A DNA stretch of 64,000 nucleotides, taken from the NCBI GenBank assembly GCA_963807035.1, contig CAWEAL010000003.1, positions 96,869-160,868 of the forward strand. Reading direction: 5' to 3'. Below, piece after piece: positions 37,625 to 46,885 of the stretch (position 1 is the stretch's first letter; each line of letters opens with the position of its first letter). The notes beneath the pieces were generated by a model. That model did not search any database. It saw only the letters and a program-made list of their open reading frames with translations, and had not been told where the DNA came from. The position numbers and the translations under genes are program-made. The stretch is from an uncultured Chloroflexia bacterium. Its GTDB lineage: Bacteria; Chloroflexota; Limnocylindria; Limnocylindrales; CSP1-4.

Positions 37625-39391
37625 ATGGGCGCCCTGCCCTGGCCCGGCGGCGTGACCTTCCGGGTATGGGCGCCGCATGCGCGCGCCGTCCGAGTGTCCG
37701 GCTCGTTCAACGACTGGCAGGAACCCGGGATTCCCCTGGCTGCGGACCCGGGCGGGTCGGGGACCTGGTCGGCCGACGTCCCTGGCGTCGGCGTCGGCGA
37801 CGAGTACCGCTACCGGCTCGACACCCCGGCCGGGATCCTCTCGCGGATCGACCCGTATGCCCGCCTCGTCACCGGCTCGACCGGCAACGCCGTGGTCTAC
37901 GACCCGGCCGCCTTCGACTGGGGCGACCGGCCGTTCGACGGGCCGGACTGGAACGAGACGGTCATCTACGAGATGCACGTCGGCACGTTCGCGGGCAAGG
38001 CCGACACGCCGGGAACGTTCGATCGGGCGATCCGGCGGATGCCCTACCTGCGCGACCTCGGCATCGGGGCGATCCAGGTGATGCCGCCGTTCGAGCATGC
38101 CGGCGACGTGTCGTGGGGCTACAACCCGGCCCACGTCTTCGCGATCGAGTCCACCTACGGCGGTCCGGACGCGTTCAAGCGGTTCATCAGGTCCGCTCAC
38201 GAACACGGCATCGCGGTGATCGTCGACGTCGTCTACAACCACCTCGGCCCGGGCGATCTCGACCTGTGGCGGTTCGACGGCTGGGCCGAGGGCGACTGGG
38301 GCGGGATCTACTTCTACAACGACGAGCGGGCGGTGACGCCTTGGGGCAACACCCGGCCCGACTACGGGCGAGGCGAGGTCCGGTCATTCCTGCGCGACAG
38401 CGCACTGACCTGGCTCGAGGAGTTCCGGGCCGACGGCCTCCGCTTCGACTCGACCCTGTACATCCGGACGGTCGACGAGCGGCCCGAGACCGCCCTCGCC
38501 GACGGCTGGTCGTTCATGGCCTGGATCAACGACGAGATCCGGGTCCGCCAGCCGTGGAAGCTGACGATCGCCGAGGACCTTGGCGGGGACGTGCCACTCA
38601 CGCTCGCCACGGCCGACGGCGGAGCCGGCTTCGGAGCGCGCTGGGAACCCGCCTTCCTTCATCTGGTGCGGGGTGTCCTGACCCAGCCCGACGATCGCGA
38701 TCGGGATCCGGCGGCGATCGTCGAGGCGCTGCTCGGGGGCGGCGAGCGGCCGTTCAGCCGGGTGATCTACACCGAGTCCCACGATGACGTCGCGAACGGC
38801 GATGTCCGCCTGGCCGAGGCCGTCTCGCCGGGCGATGCTGCCAACTGGTTCGCCCGGAAGCGGGCGACGCTCGGTTCGGCGATCACCCTGACAGCGCCCG
38901 GCATCCCGATGCTGTTCCAGGGCCAGGAGCTCCTCGAGGACGGCTGGTTCGACGATACGATGCCGCTCGACTGGTCCAAGTCCGACCAATTCGGCGGCAT
39001 CGTCCAGCTTCACCGGGACCTGATCGCGCTGCGGCGCAATGCCGATGGCAGGTCGGCTGGGCTGAGCGGTCCCTGGATCGCGATCCTCCGGGCCGACCCG
39101 GATTCCGGGCTGCTGGCCTGGCACCGCTGGCTCGCCGGCGGTGCCGGCGACGACGTCGTCGTCGTCGCCAACCTGTCGACGATGCCCCTGGCCGATCTTG
39201 CGCTCGGCCTGCCTCGGCCGGGACGGTGGCGGGTCCGGCTCAACTCGGATTCGACGACCTACGACCCGCACTTCGGGGCAACGACCGCCGACGATGTCGA
39301 GGCGGATGGAGAGCCGCTCGACGGCCAGGCCCAGAGCGGGCTGGTGAGCGTCGCGCCGTACGCGGTGGTGATCCTGTCGCAGGACCCGTAG
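37625..39391 (+). CDS. GH13 alpha-amylase-family glycoside hydrolase with an N-terminal CBM48 (TreZ / branching-enzyme-like)
   Basis: VTFRVWAPHARAVRVSGSFNDW is a CBM48-type N-domain. The GH13 catalytic blocks are GIAVIVDVVYNH, GLRFDS and YTESHD. Confidence 0.85.
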   Translation: MGALPWPGGVTFRVWAPHARAVRVSGSFNDWQEPGIPLAADPGGSGTWSADVPGVGVGDEYRYRLDTPAGILSRIDPYARLVTGSTGNAVVYDPAAFDWGDRPFDGPDWNETVIYEMHVGTFAGKADTPGTFDRAIRRMPYLRDLGIGAIQVMPPFEHAGDVSWGYNPAHVFAIESTYGGPDAFKRFIRSAHEHGIAVIVDVVYNHLGPGDLDLWRFDGWAEGDWGGIYFYNDERAVTPWGNTRPDYGRGEVRSFLRDSALTWLEEFRADGLRFDSTLYIRTVDERPETALADGWSFMAWINDEIRVRQPWKLTIAEDLGGDVPLTLATADGGAGFGARWEPAFLHLVRGVLTQPDDRDRDPAAIVEALLGGGERPFSRVIYTESHDDVANGDVRLAEAVSPGDAANWFARKRATLGSAITLTAPGIPMLFQGQELLEDGWFDDTMPLDWSKSDQFGGIVQLHRDLIALRRNADGRSAGLSGPWIAILRADPDSGLLAWHRWLAGGAGDDVVVVANLSTMPLADLALGLPRPGRWRVRLNSDSTTYDPHFGATTADDVEADGEPLDGQAQSGLVSVAPYAVVILSQDP

Positions 39392-39454
39392 CGGCTGCGG
39401 TGTGCGGGCCCCGCAGGGACTCGATCCGGCTCGGTCGCGGCGGATCTCAGCGGG

Positions 39455-39652
39455 TCAGCTGTGGTCCTCGTGGAGTTGCCGCTCGCGAACGAGGATCGCA
39501 CCCGCCGCCACGAGCAAGACCAGGCCCACGATCGCCCAGAAGTTGCTGCCGGTCATCGCGCTGCCCTTGATCAGGTTGAGTCCCTGGCCGAGCCAGGCGA
39601 TGCCGACCAGGGCAAGGACGACGGCAATGGCGAGTCGAGAACGGCGCATGTC
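39455..39652 (-). CDS. small 2-TM membrane protein
   Basis: 65 aa from MRRSRLAIAVVLALVG. Hydrophobic. Confidence 0.35.
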   Translation of the reverse strand, partial: DMRRSRLAIAVVLALVGIAWLGQGLNLIKGSAMTGSNFWAIVGLVLLVAAGAILVRERQLHEDHS

Positions 39653-39736
39653 AGCAGATCTCCAGGTCTCAGGCGAGGTCCGGCCGCTCCGGACCATCGA
39701 TCACGGATACGGGCTCGATCGCCGGGCGGTTTCCGG

Positions 39737-41008
39737 TCAGCCGGCAGCCGTGCCGTCGAGCTCCTCGATCGTCAGCTCGGATGGGCCACGCTCCGCCTGG
39801 AGGCGGGCGGCGACCCGCCCGGCGTCCCGGATCACCCGCAGGATGTTGCCGCCGGCGATCGCCCGCAGGTCGGCATCCGAGTAGCCCCGCCGGACGAGCT
39901 CGGCGAACAGGTCCGGGAATTTCGAGACGTCGTCGAGGCCGGCCGGCAGGCTCGTCCCGCCGTCGAGGTCGCTGCCGATCCCGACGTGCTCCACCCCGGC
40001 GACGTCGCGGAGGTGGTCGATGTGATCGGCGACATCGCCGATCGTGGCCCCCGGCCCGGGATGCCCGGCCCGCCAGCGCTCTTCGATCGCGTCCAGCTCG
40101 GCCCGGGTCGACTCGGGCCGGTCGGCCCGGGCCGCCTCGACGATGCCATCGACCGTTCGCTCGTAGTCGGCGGCGGCGCCGGATACGAAGCCGGCGAGGA
40201 AGACCGCCATCACCACGCCGCCGTTGGCTGGGATCCGGCCGAGGATCTCGTCGGGGACATTGCGCGGATGGTCGGTCACCGCCCGGGCACCGGAATGGGA
40301 GAAGACGACCGGCGCCTCGGTCGCGTCGAGCGCGGCCGCCATCGTCCCGGGCGAGACGTGGCTCAGGTCGACCAGCATCCCCAGCCGGTTCATCTCTCGG
40401 ACCACCTCGACCCCGAAGCGGGTCAGCCCGCCGTGGCGTGGGGCGTCGGTCGCGGCGTCGGCCCAGCGTGTCGTCAGCCAGTGGGTGAGGGTCATGTAGC
40501 GCACGCCGAGAGCGTGGAACTGGCGCAGGATGGCCAGCGACGAGCCGATCATCGAGCCGCCCTCGAGGCCGATCAGCGAGGCGATCCGGCCCGCGCCGAA
40601 GATCCGCTCGACGTCGTCGGCCGACGTCGCCAGCTCGAACGTCGCCGGGTAGGCCGCGACCATTCGCCTGACGATGTCGAGTTGCTCGAATGCTCGCCTC
40701 GTCGCCTCAGCCTCGGGCAGGCTGGCCGGCACCCAGACCGACCAGAACTGGCCGCCGACCCGGCCGGCCCGAAGCCGCGGGATGTCGGTCGCCAGGCCCT
40801 CGACTGGGTGGTCGAGGGCGACCTCGGAGATGCGCAGCCCGACCCGCCGGCGGAGAGCCTCGGGCAGGTCGTTGTGGCCGTCGATCAGAGGCGCGCTGGC
40901 GAGGATGGCGTGCGCTCGGTCGAGGGCGTCGTCGGGTGCGGTCGCGGTCACGGTCCGATCGTAGCAGCCGCTCCGCCCGGTCTGGCCGAGCGCGGCTCCG
41001 GCGGCCAC
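39737..41008 (-). CDS. membrane dipeptidase (peptidase family M19)
   Basis: LIDGHNDLPE and MLVDLSHVS are renal-dipeptidase family signatures. Confidence 0.85.
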   Translation of the reverse strand: MAAGAALGQTGRSGCYDRTVTATAPDDALDRAHAILASAPLIDGHNDLPEALRRRVGLRISEVALDHPVEGLATDIPRLRAGRVGGQFWSVWVPASLPEAEATRRAFEQLDIVRRMVAAYPATFELATSADDVERIFGAGRIASLIGLEGGSMIGSSLAILRQFHALGVRYMTLTHWLTTRWADAATDAPRHGGLTRFGVEVVREMNRLGMLVDLSHVSPGTMAAALDATEAPVVFSHSGARAVTDHPRNVPDEILGRIPANGGVVMAVFLAGFVSGAAADYERTVDGIVEAARADRPESTRAELDAIEERWRAGHPGPGATIGDVADHIDHLRDVAGVEHVGIGSDLDGGTSLPAGLDDVSKFPDLFAELVRRGYSDADLRAIAGGNILRVIRDAGRVAARLQAERGPSELTIEELDGTAAG

Positions 41009-41379
41009 CGCGTGTCTCGGCTCCGGCTGCCGGTACGTTGCCGCCAGCGAAACGATCTGGCAATTTGGTCGAAGTACCGGACCGATCCCCTGGCCGGCGG
41101 GACCTGCCGGCTCCCGGTCGATTCACCGACCCCAGCGCGCTGATCGACCCGGCCACGTTGACCGCCCCGCTCGCAAGGACGCCGCCGAGGAGATCGATGC
41201 CGGTCCGTTCCGACTGCCCAAGCCGGGCCCGGCCGCGCTCGAGGGCCTCAGGCGGTCAGACGAGCGAGGACCGACAATGAGCGGATGGATGAGCTGACGG
41301 ACCGCCCAGCCCGATGAGCTTGCGCCGGGGCGGTGGTGGCGGCACCTTGATGCGCTCGTTCCGGCGGGACGAGACGGTC

Positions 41380-43212
41380 ATGACTCATCAGCTCACGCCG
41401 GGCATCGTCCGGCGGATCATCCGGTTCGCCCGGCCGTACCGGCGCAAGCTCGCCGTCTTCCTGGTTCTGATCATCGTCGACCAGCTGATGGGGGCCGCCA
41501 ACCCGCTCCTCTACCGGGTGATCATCGACGACGGGATCCTGCCCCGGAACTCGGGCCTGATCGTGGAGGTCGGGGTCGTCCTGGTCGTCCTGGCGCTGGC
41601 CGATGCCGGCCTGTCGCTCTGGCAGCGCTGGATCTCGGCGAGGGTGGGTGAGGGCCTGATCTTCGACATGCGCACCCAGGTCTTCGCCCATTTCCAGCAG
41701 ATGCCGATCTCGTTCTTCACCCGGACCCAGACCGGCGCCCTGGTCAGCCGCCTGAACAGCGACGTGATGGACGCCCAGCAGGCGTTCACCGACACCTTCT
41801 CGTCGGTGATCGGCAATGTGATCGGGGTGACCTTCACCCTGATCGCGATGGTCTTCCTGTCGTGGCAGATCACCCTGGTGGCCCTGGCCCTCCTACCGAT
41901 CATCGTCCTGCCGGCCCGCTTCGTGGGACGGCGGATCCAGGCGATCACCCGCGAGAGCTACAACCTGAACGCGAACATGACCTCGATGATGGCCGAGCGG
42001 TTCAACGTGGCCGGGGCGCTCCTGGTCAAGCTCTTTGGCGAGCCCGAGCGCGAGACCCGGCGCTTCGAGGAGAAGGCCGGCCGGGTTCGCGACATCGGCG
42101 TGACCCGGGCGATGTACACCCGGCTGTTCATGGCCGCCGTCCTGCTGACCGCCTCGCTGGCGACCGCACTGACGTTCGGCTGGGGCGGCCTGCTGGCCGC
42201 CGGTGGCACCCTCCAGGTCGGCACGCTCGTTGCCCTGACCGCCTACCTCGTCCGGCTGTACGGGCCGCTGACGGCGTTGTCGAACGTCCAGGTCGACGTG
42301 ATGACCGCGCTCGTCTCGTTCGACCGGGTCTTCGAGGTGCTCGACCTCGAGCCGATGATCGCCGAGCGGCCCGGCGCGGTGGCGATTCCCCGCGGACCGG
42401 CGACGATCGAGTTCGATCGCGTCGACTTCCGCTACCCGACCGCCGAGGAAGTCTCCCTGGCCTCGCTCGAGTCGGTGGCCGTCCTCGACCAGGCCCCGAC
42501 CCAGCAGGTCCTCTTCGACATCTCGTTCACGGCCCTGCCGGGCCAGCTGATCGCCCTGGTCGGGCCATCGGGCGCCGGCAAGACGACGATCAGCCACCTG
42601 ATCCCGCGCCTGTATGACGTCCGATCCGGGGCGATCCGGATCAACGGGATCGACGTCCGCGACGCGACCCTGGCCTCGATCCGGTCGATCGTCGGCGTCG
42701 TCACCCAGGACGCCCACCTGTTCCACGAGACGATCCGGACGAATCTCCTGTATGCCCGGCCGGAGGCGTCGGAGGCCGACCTGGTCGAGGCCCTCCGAGC
42801 GGCCCATATCATGCCCCTGATCGACTCGCTGCCCGACGGCCTCGACACTCTCGTCGGCGACCGCGGCTACCGGCTGTCGGGTGGCGAGAAGCAGCGGATC
42901 GCGATCGCCCGGCTGCTGCTCAAGGCGCCCGACATCGTCGTCCTCGACGAGGCGACCGCCCACCTGGATTCCGAGTCCGAGGTCGCCGTCCAGCTGGCTC
43001 TCCGGACGGCCCTCGCGGGGCGAACCTCGGTGGTGATCGCTCACCGCCTGTCGACCGTTCGCGAGGCGGACCAGATCCTGGTCGTGTCGGCCGGCCGGAT
43101 CGTCGAGCGCGGATCGCACGACCAGCTGCTCGCTGCCGACGGCCTGTACGCGGAGCTCTACCGGACCCAGTTCGAACGCCAGGAGCACGATGCCGGGGCG
43201 CCGGCCGCCTGA
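41380..43212 (+). CDS. ABC exporter with fused transmembrane and ATP-binding domains (MsbA/MdlB-like, type I)
   Basis: N-terminal 6-TM domain. Walker [10 protein letters not shown], signature [15 protein letters not shown], Walker [12 protein letters not shown]. Confidence 0.85.
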   Translation: MTHQLTPGIVRRIIRFARPYRRKLAVFLVLIIVDQLMGAANPLLYRVIIDDGILPRNSGLIVEVGVVLVVLALADAGLSLWQRWISARVGEGLIFDMRTQVFAHFQQMPISFFTRTQTGALVSRLNSDVMDAQQAFTDTFSSVIGNVIGVTFTLIAMVFLSWQITLVALALLPIIVLPARFVGRRIQAITRESYNLNANMTSMMAERFNVAGALLVKLFGEPERETRRFEEKAGRVRDIGVTRAMYTRLFMAAVLLTASLATALTFGWGGLLAAGGTLQVGTLVALTAYLVRLYGPLTALSNVQVDVMTALVSFDRVFEVLDLEPMIAERPGAVAIPRGPATIEFDRVDFRYPTAEEVSLASLESVAVLDQAPTQQVLFDISFTALPGQLIALVGPSGAGKTTISHLIPRLYDVRSGAIRINGIDVRDATLASIRSIVGVVTQDAHLFHETIRTNLLYARPEASEADLVEALRAAHIMPLIDSLPDGLDTLVGDRGYRLSGGEKQRIAIARLLLKAPDIVVLDEATAHLDSESEVAVQLALRTALAGRTSVVIAHRLSTVREADQILVVSAGRIVERGSHDQLLAADGLYAELYRTQFERQEHDAGAPAA

Positions 43213-43247
43213 CACCCGGTCCGCGTCGCCATCAATCCGGCTCGGGC

Positions 43248-43511
43248 TCAGCCGCCGGCGACGGCGGGCAGGACGTGGACCGTGCTGGCGGGTCCGACCG
43301 GCGTCAGGAGGTCGGCCGGCTGCCCATCGACGTACACGTTGATGAACGGGCGGAACGACGCATTCGAATCGCACAGGCGGTCCCGAACGCCTGGCCAGCG
43401 GCGGTCGAGGGTCGCGATCAGCTCGGCGACCGACGAGCCGTCGGCGCTTACCCGGTGCTCGGCACCCGGGAACAGGACGACGAGCGAGCGGGGCAGGATG
43501 ACGACGGCCAC
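43248..43511 (-). CDS. MoaD/ThiS-like ubiquitin-fold sulfur-carrier protein (C-terminal Gly-Gly)
   Basis: 87 aa from a GTG that overlaps the upstream stop. It ends in ..VHVLPAVAGG. Confidence 0.55.
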   Translation of the reverse strand: MAVVILPRSLVVLFPGAEHRVSADGSSVAELIATLDRRWPGVRDRLCDSNASFRPFINVYVDGQPADLLTPVGPASTVHVLPAVAGG

Positions 43512-43524
43512 TGGCGGGCCGCCC

Positions 43525-44613
43525 TCAGTCGCCGACCAGGGCCGTCTCGACCGAGGTGATGGGCGGCAGGTAGTCGGCGATCTGCCGCCACGACGACCCT
43601 TCGTCTGCGCTGGCGAAGAGCTGGCCGGTGCTCGTTCCGAAGTACAGCCCGAACGGCTGGAGGTCGTCCCGGGCCATCGCCTCGCGCAGGACGCCGACGT
43701 AGGCGTCGGCGCCGGGCAGGCCGTCCCGCAGCGCGCCCCAGTGGGCCCCGGCATCGGTCGTCCGCCACACCGCCAGGCGGGCTCCAGGCACGAAGCGGCC
43801 GCGGTCGGCGCCGTTGAGCGGGATCGTGAACACGGTGTCCGGGTCGCTCGGATGGGCCACGATCGGGAAGCCGAAGGTCGAGGGGAGGCCCTCGTCGAGG
43901 CAGATCCAGGTCCGGCCGGCATCGTCGCTCCGGTACGTGCCGCAGTGGTTCTGCTGGTAGAGCCGATCCGCGACGCCCGCCGCCAGGACCATCTTGTGGA
44001 CGCACTGGCCGGTCTCGGGGTAGGGGTCGGGCATGAAGTCGGCCCGGACCCCGTTATTCCGGGCCTCCCAGGTGGCCCCGCCGTCTTCTGTCGCGAAGCA
44101 CCCGACCGATGAGATCGCGACCCACATCCGCTCAGGGTCCGTCGGATGCGCGAGGATCGTGTGGCAGATCAGGCCCCCGTTCCCGGGCTGCCAGGTCGGG
44201 CGGCTCGGGTGGTTGGTCAGGCCCTCGACATGGGTCCAGGTCGACCCGCCGTCGACCGAGCGGAACAGGCCGGCCGGCTCGACGCCCGCGTACAACGTGT
44301 CGCCGACGGGCTCGACGTGCCAGACCGAGCGCATCGCCGGCCCTTCGTCGCCGTAGGTCAGGCCCTGGCTCGAATGGGTCCAGGAAGCGCCGAGGTCGTC
44401 GCTCCGCCAGACGGCCGCGCCATACCATGGGCTGCCGCCCCCGGCCAGCAGCGCGCCGCTGGCGGGATCGAACCGGAAATGGTTGATCGGCCAGCCCTCG
44501 CACAGTGGCCCGGTCAGGTGCCAGGCCTCGCCGTGATCGCGGCGGTCGGGATCCCCCGCCAGGATGAAGGCGCCTTTCCTGGTTCCGATCAGGACGACGA
44601 GCTGCTGGGACAT
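43525..44613 (-). CDS. BNR/Asp-box (sialidase-fold / Ycf48-like) beta-propeller repeat protein
   Basis: Repeated SxDxGxTW motifs (SDDLGASW, SVDGGSTW, TEDGGATW, SDDAGRTW, TTDAGAHW). Confidence 0.7.
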   Translation of the reverse strand: MSQQLVVLIGTRKGAFILAGDPDRRDHGEAWHLTGPLCEGWPINHFRFDPASGALLAGGGSPWYGAAVWRSDDLGASWTHSSQGLTYGDEGPAMRSVWHVEPVGDTLYAGVEPAGLFRSVDGGSTWTHVEGLTNHPSRPTWQPGNGGLICHTILAHPTDPERMWVAISSVGCFATEDGGATWEARNNGVRADFMPDPYPETGQCVHKMVLAAGVADRLYQQNHCGTYRSDDAGRTWICLDEGLPSTFGFPIVAHPSDPDTVFTIPLNGADRGRFVPGARLAVWRTTDAGAHWGALRDGLPGADAYVGVLREAMARDDLQPFGLYFGTSTGQLFASADEGSSWRQIADYLPPITSVETALVGD

Positions 44614-44850
44614 CGATGGCCTCCTTCATCAAGCCTCGTCACGAGGCTAGGACGCAGGGTACCCGACGATAGCCGGACGGGCACCTGTGATCCGACGAGG
44701 CCGATGCGAGGGCAATTGAGGAGCAATGCAAGGGCGCCTGACGTTACGACTCAAGCGCGCTTGCGACATGCCCGCGGTTCGGCTACGATCGGCCGCGTTT
44801 GACGCCGGTTCCGGCGGTGCGTCCAGTGGCGGTCCAGAGGTGCGATTGGC

Positions 44851-45633
44851 ATGGGGTTCGGGCAGACGGTCCTCCTGGCGGCGTTTGCCGGCCTGACGAT
44901 CTACCTCGGCCTACCGGTCGGCCGCCTGCGCAACATTCCCGTCCGCCGGCAGGCACTCCTGACCGCCGGGGCCGCCGGAGTGATCCTGTTCCTCATCTAC
45001 GATGTCCTGCAGCAGGCTGTCGAGCCGGTCAGCGCGGACCTCGAGGCGGCCGCTCACGGCTCGGGCTCGGCCGGGGCGTTCGCGATCGATGCCGTCGTCC
45101 TCGGCGCGAGCATCGCGGTCGGCCTGCTGTCGGTGACCTGGGTCACCCTTCGCCTGCGCGCCCGCGAGGCCGGCCAGCTGCTGCCCCGCCAGCTGGCCCT
45201 GGGGACGGCGGTCGGGCTCGGTCTCCACAACTTCTCCGAAGGCCTGGCCATCGGCCAGTCGTCGGCGACCGGCGCGACGTCCCTGGCGCTCATCCTGGTG
45301 ATCGGCTTCGCCCTGCACAACGCGACCGAGGGCTTCGGGATCGCCGCTCCGCTCGCGTCCGGCGAGCTGCCCAGCTGGCGGTTCATCGGCCTCCTCGGCC
45401 TGGTCGGCGGAGGGCCGACCTTCCTCGGCGGTGTCGTCGGCTACTCCTTCGTCTCGCCGCTCCTGTCGATTGCCTTCCTGGGAGTGGCCGCCGGGGCGCT
45501 GATCTACGTCTTCAACGAGATGATGGCCGTCTCGCGCCGGATGTCGGTGCCGATGATGGCGACGAGCGCGCTCCTGATCGGCCTCCTGGCCGGTTTCGGC
45601 ACGGACTTCATCCTGACCGCCGCCGGGGCCTAG
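44851..45633 (+). CDS. ZIP family metal (Zn/Fe) transporter, ZupT-like
   Basis: HNFSEGLAIG and HNATEGFGIAAP are the ZIP signature helices. Confidence 0.8.
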   Translation: MGFGQTVLLAAFAGLTIYLGLPVGRLRNIPVRRQALLTAGAAGVILFLIYDVLQQAVEPVSADLEAAAHGSGSAGAFAIDAVVLGASIAVGLLSVTWVTLRLRAREAGQLLPRQLALGTAVGLGLHNFSEGLAIGQSSATGATSLALILVIGFALHNATEGFGIAAPLASGELPSWRFIGLLGLVGGGPTFLGGVVGYSFVSPLLSIAFLGVAAGALIYVFNEMMAVSRRMSVPMMATSALLIGLLAGFGTDFILTAAGA

Positions 45634-45637
45634 CCGG

Positions 45638-45679
45638 CGCCCGGCTCGGAGCGCCCGGCTCGGAGCGCCCGGCTCGTCT
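45638..45679. repeat. 15-bp direct repeat gcgcccggctcggag x3
   Basis: Direct reading, immediately after the ZIP stop codon. Confidence 0.8.
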
Positions 45680-45856
45680 CAAATGTTCGCTGGAACAATC
45701 GTTATGCCCGAACGTGGGACCGTTTCGCGGGTTGGACCTGGTTCGGCACGTCTGTTCGTGCACGGATCCGGGTCGCCCCGGCCCCGGATCGGCGATCGTC
45801 CGCCTGCGAGCGACCATAACGGCTGCTCGAGCGCCCATTTGACACGAACCAGGAGC

Positions 45857-46040
45857 GGATGGGCCGTGGAACGCGGACGAGGCCGACCGCGGACCGGGCA
45901 CGGCCCGCCCGCGCCACCGGATCGGCCGTGGAACGCGGACGAGGCCGACCGCGGACCGGGCACGGCCCGCCCGCGGCCAGCGGACGATGCCGACCGCGGA
46001 TCGGGCACGGCCCACCAGCGGCCACCGGATCGGCCGTAAC
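45857..46040. repeat. tandem repeat, 62-bp unit x about 3 (third copy with an internal deletion)
   Basis: Direct reading: ggatcggccgtggaacgcggacgaggccgaccgcggaccgggcacggcccgcccgcg... Confidence 0.8.
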
Positions 46041-46216
46041 CCGGGCGAAAGGTCGCTCGATCAACCCTGAGCGGCATGGACGGAGTTAACAGGATCACTC
46101 CGGTCGATCGGGCTCGCCCTCTACGCCCTCTCCGACCGCTTGGTGCTGCCACGTCGGGACCACCCAGGCCCTCCCGGCGCCCGAGCGAGTACGCTCCCCG
46201 GCGGGAGGTTGACTAG

Positions 46217-46885
46217 GTGCGTGTCCTCGTTGCCGAAGACGATCCGGGCCTGCGCGACGTGATCTCGCTCGGCCTGCGCGACGCCGGCTATCAGGTCGAC
46301 GCCGTCGAACGCGGGGACGACGCGATCGACCAGTTCCGCTGGTACGACTACGACGTCGCGGTCATCGACTGGCGGATGCCCGGCGCCGAGGGGATCGACG
46401 TCGTCGCCTGGGTCCGCCGCAACGGCAAGCCGACCGCGCTCCTCATGCTCACCGCACGCGATGCCCCGGTCGACCGGATCCGCGGCCTCGACGCCGGGGC
46501 GGACGATTATCTGGTCAAGCCGTTCGACTTCGGCGAGCTCCTGGCCAGGGTTCGGGCCCTCCAGCGCCGCCCCCGGGGGATCGACGGGCCGGTCATCGAG
46601 AAGGGCCAGGTGGCGCTCGACCCGATCAGCCGGTCGGTGACGGTCAAGGGCCGGCCACTGAACCTGACCGGCACCGAATACCTGATCCTCGAATTGCTCC
46701 TGCGGCGCTCGCCCGCCGTCGTCGAACGCAAGGCGATCGCCGAGCACGCCTGGGCCGACGAGACCGACCCGCTCGGCTCGAATGCGATCGATGTCCAGCT
46801 CAGCCGGCTGCGGGCCAAGCTGCCGAACGCGGGGATCCGGATCGTGACCGTGCGCGGTGCCGGCTACCGGCTGGAGGAAGCGTGA
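46217..46885 (+). CDS. OmpR/PhoB-family response regulator
   Basis: GGAGG RBS and GTG start. MRVLVAEDDP...DVAVIDWRMPG is a receiver domain. The C-terminal winged helix is ..VRGAGYRLE. Confidence 0.9.
   Translation: MRVLVAEDDPGLRDVISLGLRDAGYQVDAVERGDDAIDQFRWYDYDVAVIDWRMPGAEGIDVVAWVRRNGKPTALLMLTARDAPVDRIRGLDAGADDYLVKPFDFGELLARVRALQRRPRGIDGPVIEKGQVALDPISRSVTVKGRPLNLTGTEYLILELLLRRSPAVVERKAIAEHAWADETDPLGSNAIDVQLSRLRAKLPNAGIRIVTVRGAGYRLEEA

Noticed and set aside
35702-38242. 846-aa minus-strand ORF antisense to the peptidase and GH13 genes
   Set aside because: Low-complexity Arg/Gly/Asp-rich product. It partly mirrors the tandem repeats. It is an artefact of high GC and the repeat structure.
39461-41143. 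560-aa plus-strand ORF antisense to the M19 dipeptidase
   Set aside because: No motifs. The opposite strand encodes a clear renal-dipeptidase homolog.
41893-43374. 493-aa minus-strand ORF antisense to the ABC exporter
   Set aside because: Artefact. The plus strand has Walker A and B and signature motifs.
45683-46039. 118-aa ORF spanning the 62-bp repeats
   Set aside because: Low-complexity translation generated by the repeats, with no start signals.
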